Assembly (NCBI GenBank): GCA_965225855.1
Contig: CBDDCK010000001.1
Span: forward strand, 32,001-96,000
Direction: 5' to 3'
Source of the DNA: Spirochaetia bacterium
GTDB lineage: Bacteria; Spirochaetota; Spirochaetia; SP-2023
DNA length: 64,000 bases
The position numbers and the translations under genes were made by a program. Below the pieces are notes generated by a model. The model saw nothing but the letters and a program-made list of their open reading frames with translations. It was not told the origin of the DNA and did no database searches. Below are positions 51,551 to 61,943 of the stretch, in pieces (the stretch's first letter is position 1; every line of letters starts with the position of its first letter).

Positions 51551-51885
51551 TGAAGGCCGATCTTCATTGGCAAGCGGCTATAGTTACTAAAATTGTCGTT
51601 TTAGGTCATGCGCCTGTAAATGAACTATGTGTCGCCATGAGTTGTTTGTTGCGTAGTTGCGCCCAAGCTATGGAAAATTTGCAGACTACAAATGACTTAG
51701 ATTGGGTTTTGACGTTACCTCAAGAAGGGCAATTTGCTTGGCAATTATACAGTTGGCATAAACGATTATCCCCTGTTTTAGAGGGCATTTCGTTAGTGCT
51801 AGCTAATGGAGTTCGCAGTTTAGCCGAGGATTATCCTGTACTAGAATTATCTGAACAAAAATCACAGTTTGTTTACAATTTATAA
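51550..51885 (+). CDS. prp: Prp/YsxB-like ribosomal-processing cysteine protease
   Basis: Between rplU and rpmA; GHA..LCVAMS dyad and YP near the C-terminus. Confidence 0.7.
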   Translation: MKADLHWQAAIVTKIVVLGHAPVNELCVAMSCLLRSCAQAMENLQTTNDLDWVLTLPQEGQFAWQLYSWHKRLSPVLEGISLVLANGVRSLAEDYPVLELSEQKSQFVYNL

Positions 51886-51915
51886 ACATGTACTTCACAA
51901 TTGAGGAGGAAAATT

Positions 51916-52170
51916 ATGGCACATAAAAAAGGGGGCGGTAGCTCCAAAAACGGTAGAGATTCTGAATCGAAGCGTCTGGGTGTAAAGCGTTTTGGTGGCC
52001 AACTGGTGAAAGCTGGAGAAATTATTGTGCGCCAGCATGGTACGAAATTCCACCCGGGTAGAAATGTAGGGCTCGGTCGCGATCATACTTTATTTGCTTT
52101 GGTCGAAGGAAATATTCGTTTCCATTTCAATTTAGGTAAAAAACGAGTTTCTGTTGAATCTGTAACTTAA
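51916..52170 (+). CDS. rpmA: 50S ribosomal protein L27
   Basis: [27 protein letters not shown] after GAGGAGG. Confidence 0.97.
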   Translation: MAHKKGGGSSKNGRDSESKRLGVKRFGGQLVKAGEIIVRQHGTKFHPGRNVGLGRDHTLFALVEGNIRFHFNLGKKRVSVESVT

Positions 52171-52310
52171 AAGACTACAATAGTATTTTTTATGATTGCT
52201 AGAGGCTTATCTGAATCATTAGAACAAATATAAAAACGAGAGTATTATCGAATCCCAAATTATATTTGTTTCTTTTTTGTTTTACATAGAAGTGGATTAG
52301 GTTCTGAATA

Positions 52311-53321
52311 ATGGGGCGTTCTTTTGTTGATTCAGTACCTTTAATTCTTGTTGCCGGAAAAGGTGGCAGTGGTGCTGTATCTTTCCTGCGGGAGATATGC
52401 CGGCCTAAAGGTGGCCCAGATGGTGGTGATGGTGGTGATGGTGGTGATGTTATCATTACTATTTCTAACAATTTAAATACTTTGTCTCATTTAACAGGTT
52501 TGAAAGATGTGCATGCTGGGAATGGCAAACGGGGTGAAGGTGCTTGTCGTGCTGGGCGTAGTGGTGAAGATGTGATCATTCGTGTCCCTCCCGGGACACT
52601 CATTTATAATGCAGAAACTGGCGAGCTTGTTTGCGACACGATTGATATACCGCCCAGCCAAAGTTATCGGCTTTTGCGTGGTGGGCGTGGGGGCAAAGGG
52701 AATCATCATTTTAAGGGTCCACGTCAACAGTTGCCGCGTTTTGCCCAAGTAGGAGGAGAGGGAGAAGAAGGTTATTTCCGTTTAAATTTACGTCTAATTG
52801 CAGATATTGGCTTAGTCGGCTTCCCGAATGCTGGTAAATCTTCATTGCAAAATTTGTTGACCAATGCCCATGCCAAAGTTGGAGTCTACCCCTTTACGAC
52901 CACCGTACCCAATCTCGGAGTGTTAAAAGTTTTTGATGAAGACCTAGTGATTGCAGATATTCCCGGGATTATCGAAGGTGCAGCGACAGGTAGTGGTTTA
53001 GGGTTCCAATTTCTCAACCATATTGCACGAGCTGCGGCTTTGTTGTTTGTCGTAGATACTGCCGAGCCCAATTGCCCAAACACGGTAGTCCAGCTCCGTA
53101 AAGAACTTGCGGATTATGACCAGCAATTCCAAACCAATTTAAAACAAAAAAAATGGGCTATATTGGCGAATAAAATAGATATACCGGAAGCGATAGAGCA
53201 ATTGAATCTCTTACATAAAGCTTACTCCGATGTTGAAATATTAGCAGCTTCTTGCCTTGAGCCTAAGTACATACCAGAATTGCAACAATTTTTACTGCGC
53301 CTAAAGAATTTGCGTTTATAG
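52311..53321 (+). CDS. obgE: GTPase ObgE
   Basis: GGPDGGDGGDGG, GLVGFPNAGKSS, YPFTT, DIPGIIEGA, NKID. Confidence 0.95.
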   Translation: MGRSFVDSVPLILVAGKGGSGAVSFLREICRPKGGPDGGDGGDGGDVIITISNNLNTLSHLTGLKDVHAGNGKRGEGACRAGRSGEDVIIRVPPGTLIYNAETGELVCDTIDIPPSQSYRLLRGGRGGKGNHHFKGPRQQLPRFAQVGGEGEEGYFRLNLRLIADIGLVGFPNAGKSSLQNLLTNAHAKVGVYPFTTTVPNLGVLKVFDEDLVIADIPGIIEGAATGSGLGFQFLNHIARAAALLFVVDTAEPNCPNTVVQLRKELADYDQQFQTNLKQKKWAILANKIDIPEAIEQLNLLHKAYSDVEILAASCLEPKYIPELQQFLLRLKNLRL

Positions 53322-53342
53322 ATTTTAAGGCCAAGCCCAAAT

Positions 53343-54032
53343 ATGCAACTCGATGAATTACAAGCTATTCTACACTATCAGCATGTTCCGTTGTTTTTTG
53401 GAGGTAGCTTTAACCCTTTTCACCGAGGCCATAAAGCCATTATCATGGCCTTGTGCCGATATTTCCCCACTTGTCCCATCACATTGGTACCGAATAGAAT
53501 ATCTCCACTTAAATCACAGGAGATTATTTTGCCCAGCCAAAAAATGGCCATGATGCAAGCTGTAATGCAAGATTTATACCAAGAATCAGCGCAGGAATTT
53601 ACGGCGAAAAATTTGCGGCTAGAACTTTGTGAATTGTTGCGCGATGGTGCTTCCTATACTGCTGATACAATCCGCTACCAACTACAGAATAACCAGATGC
53701 AAACCGCTTCACCCAAGTTATGCCTGCTTGTCATGGGTTGGGACAGTTTATGTACTATAACTTACTGGAAAGACTGGCTTTATTTGCTGGAAACTTGTAT
53801 TATACTGGTTTTTAGTCGCAAATCAGCAGATATGGAGCGAATCCCTTGCGATATTTTATCTCAAACGAAATATATGCTGTTGGAACTTGATGAACCTTAT
53901 TCTTCTTCTGCTATTCGCAACCAATTGAAACAGCGACCCAAAAAATTATCAACAAGCCAAAAGGTCGAATGGGAAAATTTACTAGGGGTCAATCAATTTA
54001 GCTATATACAACAGCAAGGACTTTACCTGTAG
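53343..54032 (+). CDS. nadD: Nicotinate-nucleotide adenylyltransferase
   Basis: FGGSFNPFHRGH, SYTADT, MGWD, SSSAIR. Confidence 0.87.
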   Translation: MQLDELQAILHYQHVPLFFGGSFNPFHRGHKAIIMALCRYFPTCPITLVPNRISPLKSQEIILPSQKMAMMQAVMQDLYQESAQEFTAKNLRLELCELLRDGASYTADTIRYQLQNNQMQTASPKLCLLVMGWDSLCTITYWKDWLYLLETCIILVFSRKSADMERIPCDILSQTKYMLLELDEPYSSSAIRNQLKQRPKKLSTSQKVEWENLLGVNQFSYIQQQGLYL

Positions 54033-54086
54033 ATAGTAAATTATACTACTGCCTGGAAAGAATGAAAAGTTTAGGAGCGAAAATAT

Positions 54087-54704
54087 ATGATTAGCCAGCA
54101 AGTGATAGCCGTACAAGAATATTGCGCTAAAAATCTAAGTCTTGTACGCTACCAACATTTGGAACGAGTTCACGCAACAATGCAGCATATCAATACGCTC
54201 CACAATTTAAACATAGACGAAGAACCACTGGCTTTAGCAAGTTTTGGCCACGATATTGCCCGTGAGCTACCTGAACCAATTTTGGCGTTATTGTTGCAGC
54301 AATCAGGTATACCGTTAGAACCTTGGGAAGAGCAGTATAAATTATTGTGTCACACAAGAATTGGAAGTCTACTACTGCAAAAATTTTTTGGTATTATCAA
54401 TAAAGAAGTACTACAAGCAATTGAATGTCATACCTTAGGTTCTAAAGGTCTATCTCTTTTAGCCAAACTGCTGTATATTTCGGATTTTTTAGAACCGCAA
54501 AGACCATACCTAATGCATGGTGAGCGCGAAAATTATTTATCTATGGAATTTGATTTAGCTGTTTATACTGTTTGTTATCAAAGAGCCTGTTTTAACCGCG
54601 ATAGGGGGAAACCTGTATTCCCGCCTACTTTGGCTATGCTCGAAGAATACGAACAACAATTGGCAATCCCGCCCAGTCAACACTTTGTTTTGCATAATGA
54701 ATAG
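54087..54704 (+). CDS. yqeK: HD-domain protein, YqeK-like Ap4A hydrolase
   Basis: RYQH, GHDIARE, AIECHT.G, YISDFLEPQR; follows nadD. Confidence 0.8.
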   Translation: MISQQVIAVQEYCAKNLSLVRYQHLERVHATMQHINTLHNLNIDEEPLALASFGHDIARELPEPILALLLQQSGIPLEPWEEQYKLLCHTRIGSLLLQKFFGIINKEVLQAIECHTLGSKGLSLLAKLLYISDFLEPQRPYLMHGERENYLSMEFDLAVYTVCYQRACFNRDRGKPVFPPTLAMLEEYEQQLAIPPSQHFVLHNE

Positions 54705-54732
54705 TTACTGTTTTTTGACTTTTGCTTTTTAT

Positions 54733-56028
54733 ATGTCTAATAACGCAATATACGAAAATAATGAAAATAAAAAAATTATTGGTCGCTTGTATGGCGGGGT
54801 ATTTCTGCTTTTAATCGTGATTTTATTGACGGTTCTTTTTACTTTAACGCGTACAGACATTGTAACGAATAGCGTATTAAAAAAAGAAAATCTGTCATTT
54901 TTGCTACTAATCAGTGATGATGATGGCCCTATCATAACAGAGGCTATACTCTACAATGCAGAAACGAAGCGTTTAGCATTGATTGATATACCCTATGAAG
55001 CAGGGGATTCACTTCCAGAGCTCAAGCGATCGGATCGTTATAGTGTGTTCTACCAAGAGGGAAATTTAGCGCGCTATCAGAGTAGTATTGAAAAGCTGCT
55101 CAATTTAAATTTTCTATTTATTCTGGATTTACACGTTAACCAATTGGTGAAACTGGTTGATCTGCTGGAAGGCATCAGCCTCTATCTTTTTGCGCCGATA
55201 AATCACATTAACCCAATTAGCAAAAAGCATTATATCTACAATGCAGGTGAGCAAAATTTGGACGGCGATCAATCTCGGGACTTTCTCTATGCTAGTAAGG
55301 CAAATACGATTGAGTACAACCAATTTTTACAGCAAAGTGAGAATGATGAGAATTTGCAGCCTAAAACGGAAAAAAGAAAGAAGATTATTCTTCAGCAGAA
55401 AAACTTGCGTTATATCCGTGAATTGTTATTAAGTATTATTACAACGATTAAAAAATTTGATTCCGAGCGCGAGAATTATATTCGATTGATTTATAGTTAT
55501 TTCCAAACAGACATTAGTAGGCGTACGTTTCGCAAGCTATTATTGTACATGAGTGAAATAGATGTCGAATCTGCCGAAATAATTTTTCAAGATTATTTAG
55601 GGAAAGAACGCTTGGTACAAGGAAAGCAAATTAATTTTCCGGTTTATGATGGCCAGGTTATACGGTCGCAGGTGGTGCGTATTTCGACACAATTGCATAC
55701 AGCAGATAAGATTGTCGAGAACAAATACCCTGTTCGGGTAGAAGTATTAAATGGGACCAATATTGTGGGGTTAGCTTCACGAACAGCAGCTTTGTATAGT
55801 CAAGAAGGTTTTGACGTGGTGAATATTGGTAACGCCGATCGTGCTGACTATGAGAAGAGTATCATTATTAATTTGCATAGTGATAATTTAGATGATGTCC
55901 AGCGCGTAGCAAAATTGATTGATGTGGAAAATATTATTTTGCAGCCGCTGCCGGGAGGCGAACAAGCAGAAGCGGAAGTTCGTATTGTATTGGGGAAAAA
56001 TTTTGATGAAAACCGAATTATACAATGA
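54733..56028 (+). CDS. LCP-family protein with LytR_C domain
   Basis: N-terminal TM segment, LVDLLEGI, LDGDQ, VEVLNGTNIVGLA, IVLGKNF. Confidence 0.75.
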   Translation: MSNNAIYENNENKKIIGRLYGGVFLLLIVILLTVLFTLTRTDIVTNSVLKKENLSFLLLISDDDGPIITEAILYNAETKRLALIDIPYEAGDSLPELKRSDRYSVFYQEGNLARYQSSIEKLLNLNFLFILDLHVNQLVKLVDLLEGISLYLFAPINHINPISKKHYIYNAGEQNLDGDQSRDFLYASKANTIEYNQFLQQSENDENLQPKTEKRKKIILQQKNLRYIRELLLSIITTIKKFDSERENYIRLIYSYFQTDISRRTFRKLLLYMSEIDVESAEIIFQDYLGKERLVQGKQINFPVYDGQVIRSQVVRISTQLHTADKIVENKYPVRVEVLNGTNIVGLASRTAALYSQEGFDVVNIGNADRADYEKSIIINLHSDNLDDVQRVAKLIDVENIILQPLPGGEQAEAEVRIVLGKNFDENRIIQ

Positions 56029-56398
56029 TATATTGCAATTGGGCCATTTATTACAGGAATGGAGGGGTGAGAATACCATTGCCTTGCATTTGGAGCCTTC
56101 GGTTTCTTGGGCGAAATATTGTCTAATTTCAACTTGCAATAGTTTAACTCATATGCAAGGCATCTTAAATAATTTGCGTTCTGTTCTACACGATGAAATG
56201 TCTATGTTCAAGCTTGCATATCATTTGCCCCGAAATTTGGAAAATTTTTCATGGCTTCCTATTGATTTAGGACCTGTAGTTGTGCACTTAATGAGTGATG
56301 AAGCGCGTACATTTTATGAGCTTGAAAAACTTTGGCCTGTAGCAGAAATTATCGAATTTAACCCAATCAATGTTGGAAAAAACGAAGGCAAAACTTAA
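56006..56398 (+). CDS. rsfS: Ribosome silencing factor
   Basis: WLPIDLGPVVVHLMSDEARTFYELEKLW. Confidence 0.85.
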   Translation: MKTELYNDILQLGHLLQEWRGENTIALHLEPSVSWAKYCLISTCNSLTHMQGILNNLRSVLHDEMSMFKLAYHLPRNLENFSWLPIDLGPVVVHLMSDEARTFYELEKLWPVAEIIEFNPINVGKNEGKT

Positions 56399-56576
56399 AC
56401 ACAAATATTCTTCATTGAATGAAAATCTATGTTGGGCATTAATTCTAAATTTTCCATACTTACTTTGATTAAATTATTGAAAACTTTAGTTAAACAATAT
56501 CTAAGTTTGATTTTTAATAGACACTAGCTAAATTTATAATTACAATAGCTATTTATATTTAGCTTTACGAGGCATC

Positions 56577-57220
56577 ATGAAAAAAATTGATTTACTGGCA
56601 AAAATACTGATAGCCATGGTTTTGGGCGTTATCGTAGGCTTGCTTATGCAAAATATTCCAGATATTGCGCAAACCTGTTGGAAGTTTGTTTATCAATTTA
56701 ATCAAAATGGTAATTATGCCGTTGGCTTTTTCTTCACTTATACTAGGGGTTTCCAGTATTGGGGATTTAAAAGTATTACAGCGAATTGGCACCAAGACTT
56801 TAGCTTATTACATGATTAATACGGCAATTGCAGTGCTTATAGGTTTACTTTTAGGGGCGATTATTAATCCTGGAGAAGGGTTAAATATTCCTGCAAATGC
56901 TAAAGTTGCCAAAAAAGAAGTGCCGGCCATAGCAACTACACTGTTTAATATTGTTCCTTCCAATCCCCTCAAAGGTTTGGTCAACGGCAATATTTTTCAG
57001 GTGATTGCGTTTGCCCTTTGTTTGGGAATTTTCTTCCACGTCTTTTTTATATATCCTTCAGCGGTGTATTTTTTTGCAAAAATAAAGCCTTTAAAATTTT
57101 TACAGGCGATCAGCTCTGCGGTGGTAACAGCTTTTACTACAACTAGTTATTCTGCGACTTTGCCCGTTTCTATGAAGTCTGTTCGCAGAAAATTTGGTGT
57201 TTCTAACAAAATATCCAGTT
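56577..57220 (+). pseudogene. Dicarboxylate/amino acid:cation symporter with frameshift, internal deletion and truncation
   Basis: ILIAMVLG../KPVGSLFINLIKMVIMPL..NIVPSNP..QVIAFALCLGI jumps to ..TAFTTTSYSATLPVSM, then the frame runs into unrelated sequence after SNKISS. Confidence 0.8.
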
Positions 57221-58564
57221 GCAAAGTAATTTGTAGTACCTTAATTTTTATTGTGCTTAGTGCTTTCGCTCCCCTTCAAGGGCAACCTGCGGGGGAGTTT
57301 GAGGAAGATTCTCTTTCTTTTCATACATTGAAAAATTTACAATTACAACAAGATATTAAAATTTCGCTATATCATATATTTTATAACATTTCTAGTTTCA
57401 ATTCCAATGCTGCATATGGCCTAATTCCTTGGGAAGGATATAGCTTACAAGCTAAAGAAATCATTGATTCAGCACAATCTATAGGAATTCGTTTACTTCA
57501 TGAAGGGCACGATCTTTTAGGACTTACTCAAGTTTCCCGCTGGAAGGGTCGGCTCTGGTACTGGCTACTTGCTGGGCATGTAGATACCCGCTTACAGCTG
57601 GCTACTTCCATTGTGTTTGGCCATGAGATGATTCATTTACAAGAGGGCTTTGCCAATGGCGCGGCAACGGGCACTTTAGTAGCTTCGTTTACCGGCCAGC
57701 CCATTGGAATATGGCGGGCCTATGCCGGTGCAATACTTAGCCCCCTAGTACATGCCGTAGCTGCGTGGTCGCAGTTTGAGTCAAGTTATGCAAGTATGGG
57801 CCAGCCGGCTAATATTCCTACTTGGATTAGTTTTGAGGAAAGCAATTGATCTAGCTTGGAAACCACAAAGTGTTTTTGGAGCTGGGGGTTTTTTCGCAAA
57901 CAGTCTTCACGCTGTGGGCTATGCTGGGGTTGATGCTTTGATACCTGCTGAACTGGACATTGACTCGTTCGCAAAGGATTTGTCCCAGCGCAGTGGCAAA
58001 TTTGTCTCCAGTGGGCAGATTTTTGTTGTTTCTATAGTATCCATATTGTCCTCACCTTCCTTATGGGGATATATCTATGGTTTAATAGAATATATTGCCA
58101 GTAGCAAGATGGAAGTACATATGCCAGCGATCCGCTTGAACAATACCCTTATATCTTGGAATGTAGCAGCTTATTACAATGATAATTCGGTAAGCCTCAA
58201 TCCAGTATTGTTGGCCCGTTTGAACCAAAACTTACTCGTGGGTACTGGGCTGGAATTGGGCGTTCTCGGACAGCCGGAGCTCGACTTGTTCTTGTATCTC
58301 CGCACTGGGATTGTAGAAAACTTGGTACTTTCTACTCAATTTGCTGTTTCCCTGATAAGTGCGGGCCGATGGCTGACTAGGCTTGGCTTATTTGTCTACC
58401 CGGCCATAAGCTACCAGATAGGTCGAATCCTAGCCCGCAATGGCCAGCTGGAAGTAAAGCTCAATGCAGGAATGATGCTTTCGGCAGGCCAAACACTGCT
58501 TGCACAGCGGCTTAATCCATATAATTCGATTGCTTATAGTCTAAGTATATCTATGACGTTGTAA
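57221..58564 (+). CDS. Hypothetical protein(s), split or frameshifted near 57776-57849; 5' end fused to the symporter remnant
   Basis: Signal-like segment (LIFIVLSAFAPLQG), GHEMIH motif; overlapping downstream ORF 57776..58564 ending YSLSISMTL. Confidence 0.45.
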
Positions 58565-58566
58565 TG

Positions 58567-58609
58567 ACCAAACAAGCAGATAAAACCTGCTTAGGTTTGC
58601 TTGTTGGTC
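58567..58609. terminator. Imperfect hairpin downstream of 58564
   Basis: GACCAAACAAGCAGA..TTTGCTTGTTGGTC. Confidence 0.4.
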
Positions 58610-58960
58610 TATAAGCCTTTCTATATCCAATAAATGCTCCCATTCATCGAATAGAATGTTTATCCTAGGACAAATAGTGATCATCTTGTGGTTCTAGCAT
58701 AGATTATCACTTAGGTCTAACCATGGGTCATAATTCAGTTATTAAGATAACCCTATCTTTAAGCTTCACTTTTTGCTTGGTATCGCTGATATTTTATTCT
58801 ACTAATAAGACTATGCAATATACCCATAGTAACCCGATAAACACTAATTAGTCCTACCAGAGAATCCCTTGTTAGCCTAGGAAGTGAACCTAAGTAGGGC
58901 CTTGATCGATAATATCTAAGATAAATAAGAGACTTACTTGCCTTTGGGCTGGGCTACTAC

Positions 58961-60043
58961 TTAACCAAAATCACTGTAGTTTAGGCTAGCCATCTTGCGT
59001 ATCACTCGTAATTTTGCACTGCGTTCAGAAGCCAATTGTGTGTTGTAAGGGGCTTGAACTGCTTTTTTATAAACCCATTGGCCTTGGCCCTGTTCCTGCC
59101 AAAGGCGGAATTGCTGTTTAACCAAACGGTCTTCCAGTGAATGGAAGGTAATAACCGCTAGCAAGCCGTAGGGTTTCAATTGCTCAAATGCCGATGGCAA
59201 ACTGCGTTCTAGCTTTTCTAGCTCATTGTTCACAGCAATACGTAAAGCTTGGAAGACTTTGGTCGCCGGATGTATTTTGTGCTTCCTACCTTGGCTTTTT
59301 GGCTCTTGATTACGATTATTGCTGCTGGAATACTTTGTATTTGCGGGGCTAAGCTGCCAAATGAAATCGGCCAGAGCCCTCGCCTTATAGAGCTGGCGGG
59401 CATGGCGTTGCTCGACAATGGCACGGGCTAGTTGCTGGCCATTATGCAATTCACCGTAGCGATAGAATATATTGGCTAATTCGCTTTGGCTCATCTTTTG
59501 CAACAATTGAGCAGCACTGGCCCCGCCCTGCTGGGGATTGAGCCGCATATCCAAAACCTCATCTGGGTCTTGTGGTCTGAAGCTAAAACCACGCGCACTA
59601 TTGTAATGGAATAACGATATACCTAAATCAAAGAGAATTAAGTCCGCTTGTAGATAACCACTGGCTAACGTGCTAAAATAATCGCTAAAACACTGTTGCT
59701 GAAATTGGCAACGGTGGTTGGATGCATCGGTGCCCAGTGTCTGCTGCAAAAAATAACGGGCACGCGCTAACATTGAAGGGTCGGCATCAATACCGAGTAA
59801 GTAGGCTTGGGGTTGTTGTTCTAGCAGTAGGCGTGCATGGCCTGCTTCCCCCAAAGTGGCATCTACATAGAGCAGAGGCCTAGTTTCCCCCCAAAGCTGC
59901 ACGGCGGCAAGCCGGCCATTATTGCGGTATCTATTGGTTTGCAGTGGCTTTTCGTCCTGCCTTGGGTTAAAATAAGCTTGCCATAAAGCAGCTACTTGTT
60001 GGGCTAAAACAGGCTTATGCTCTTCGTTCAAAGTGAAGACCAT
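58961..60043 (-). CDS. rsmH: 16S rRNA (cytosine1402-N4)-methyltransferase
   Basis: HKPVL, VDATLGEAGHA, DLGIS, LDMRL, HPATKVFQALRIAVNNEL, ITFHSLEDRLVK, RSAKLR. Confidence 0.94.
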   Translation of the reverse strand: MVFTLNEEHKPVLAQQVAALWQAYFNPRQDEKPLQTNRYRNNGRLAAVQLWGETRPLLYVDATLGEAGHARLLLEQQPQAYLLGIDADPSMLARARYFLQQTLGTDASNHRCQFQQQCFSDYFSTLASGYLQADLILFDLGISLFHYNSARGFSFRPQDPDEVLDMRLNPQQGGASAAQLLQKMSQSELANIFYRYGELHNGQQLARAIVEQRHARQLYKARALADFIWQLSPANTKYSSSNNRNQEPKSQGRKHKIHPATKVFQALRIAVNNELEKLERSLPSAFEQLKPYGLLAVITFHSLEDRLVKQQFRLWQEQGQGQWVYKKAVQAPYNTQLASERSAKLRVIRKMASLNYSDFG

Positions 60044-60104
60044 GTAAGCTGCCTCGCGTTTTATTTGCGGGGCCAGCTTGCTCGTTTCGCATTCCTTGGC
60101 ACAT

Positions 60105-61574
60105 TTAGCAGGGAATCCCTTCTAACAGAAACTCTTCATCGGAATTATTATGTAAGTCCTCTTCGTTTGAGCTTGGCTGGTTCTCACTCCGTTGCAAACG
60201 TACTTGCACCAAGTCGCCCGGTTGCCAACTACTATCGACTGGTGCTGCGATTTTGGTTCGCACATAGTTTTCACTGTAGCCCAGCCAATAACCTTTATGC
60301 AATTCTTCCAGCAATATTTTGGCTTTTCGGTTTAGGCAATGCTCTAAGTACTGCCTCTGTAGCTCTTTGGCCAAAGTTTGTAGCCGTTGCATTCGTTGCT
60401 TGACAATGCTTTCTTGCACTTTGGGCATGGTAAAAGCATCGGTGTCTGGACGTGGTGAGTAACTAAAGCTATGTACTGCTGCAAATCGATTATTGCGGAG
60501 CAGCTGGTACGTCGCTTCAAAATCTTCTTCCCGTTCGCCGGGAAAGCCCACGATCACATCGCAAGAAAAGTAGGCTTGTGGCCGTAATTCTTTCAGTCGT
60601 GCTATATAGTTGAGTTGTTGGTTTGCCGTATAACCTCGGCGCATTTGGCGTAAGACATGTTCAGAACCAGATTGAATAGAAATATGAAAATGGGGGCAAA
60701 CACGCTGCGCAGCAAAAGCACAGAATAATTGCTGCGACCGTATACTTTTTATATTTTCTGGCTCTATGGAAGAGAGACGCAAGCGAATTGTTTCCGTTTG
60801 CCCAAGCAATTCTTGCAGTAGCTCTCCGAGGAAATAATGGCTACCAGTGTTTTTATGTTGGTAATGGTACGAATTGATATGAACGCCAGTAATTACAGCT
60901 TCGGTATAACCTTCCCTTTCCAGTTGTTGAAGCTGCTGTACAAGCAGGGGCATAGCTAATGAGCGCGAAGGCCCGCGCGCAATCCGTATACGACAAAAAC
61001 TACACGTGCGGTTGCAGCCATCTTGGATTTTGAGGAAGTACCGCTGCCTTGTTTTATGTGTTGTCGTCTTCTGGAGCGATATGTTTTTTTGCACAGAAGA
61101 AGGTACAACGTTAGGCAGTAGAACTTCAGGAAAGTCTGTTTGGCGGGCTACTCCAGATTGCAGCTGCCGGCCACCCTTTGCCAGTTGTGTGGCAATGCCA
61201 TCACGCAATAAGTGTAGCAATTCTTCATTATTAGCCAAAGGTTGCTTGGCTAGAGTAATACAAAGTTGGGCAGGCTGGTCGGGCAAAGCGCATACACGCG
61301 GCCCCAATGCTTCGATTTTCTGGCGTTCCAATACGGCATAACAGCCCGCTGCTAAAATCACAGCCAAGGGCCAATCGCGCTGAACTTGGCGAATTAAACG
61401 GCGGGCCTTTTGTTCCCCTTTACTGGTAACGGTGCAAGTATTGATTAAATACAGGTCGGCTCCAGAATCCCAAGGGACAATTTCATAACCGGAATCTGCC
61501 AAAATCTTTAGAGCAGAATCGGTTTCACTTTGGTTTAGTTTACAGCCAAAAGTATAAGAACTAATTCTAAGCAT
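60105..61574 (-). CDS. mtaB: tRNA methylthiotransferase MtaB (radical SAM)
   Basis: TFGCKLNQSE, INTCTVT, KIQDGCNRTCSFC, LRLSSIEP, IVGFPGE. Confidence 0.9.
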   Translation of the reverse strand: MLRISSYTFGCKLNQSETDSALKILADSGYEIVPWDSGADLYLINTCTVTSKGEQKARRLIRQVQRDWPLAVILAAGCYAVLERQKIEALGPRVCALPDQPAQLCITLAKQPLANNEELLHLLRDGIATQLAKGGRQLQSGVARQTDFPEVLLPNVVPSSVQKNISLQKTTTHKTRQRYFLKIQDGCNRTCSFCRIRIARGPSRSLAMPLLVQQLQQLEREGYTEAVITGVHINSYHYQHKNTGSHYFLGELLQELLGQTETIRLRLSSIEPENIKSIRSQQLFCAFAAQRVCPHFHISIQSGSEHVLRQMRRGYTANQQLNYIARLKELRPQAYFSCDVIVGFPGEREEDFEATYQLLRNNRFAAVHSFSYSPRPDTDAFTMPKVQESIVKQRMQRLQTLAKELQRQYLEHCLNRKAKILLEELHKGYWLGYSENYVRTKIAAPVDSSWQPGDLVQVRLQRSENQPSSNEEDLHNNSDEEFLLEGIPC

Positions 61575-61941
61575 AATCAGCTGCGCAGCCTGTTGGGCTC
61601 ATAATGCTGCGGCCTTCAAAAAAACTGCCGGGCTCAATATTTAATTTTGGTGTATTAATATCGCCAGTTACTCTAGCACTATTTTCAATGCGCACATCTT
61701 GAGAACAATGAAGGTCGCCAATAATAACACCTTGGACACGGATGCGGTTAGCTTTGATATTGCCACGAATTTCGGAATTTTTTTCCAAAATAATTTCCGA
61801 TTGCGACTCCAATGAACCTTGAATTTTGCCTTTAATTAAAACATTTTCTGGAAAATGGACTTCCCCTTTTATCACAACATCTTGTTGTAAAAGATTGGAA
61901 AATTTCTTTTCATCAATTTTTTTGGAATGGATTTCTGCCAT
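61567..61941 (-). CDS. Bactofilin (polymer-forming cytoskeletal protein)
   Basis: Beta-helix repeats IKGEV..IKGKIQG..VTGDI..IEPGSFFEG. Confidence 0.85.
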   Translation of the reverse strand: MAEIHSKKIDEKKFSNLLQQDVVIKGEVHFPENVLIKGKIQGSLESQSEIILEKNSEIRGNIKANRIRVQGVIIGDLHCSQDVRIENSARVTGDINTPKLNIEPGSFFEGRSIMSPTGCAADYA

Positions 61942-61943
61942 CG

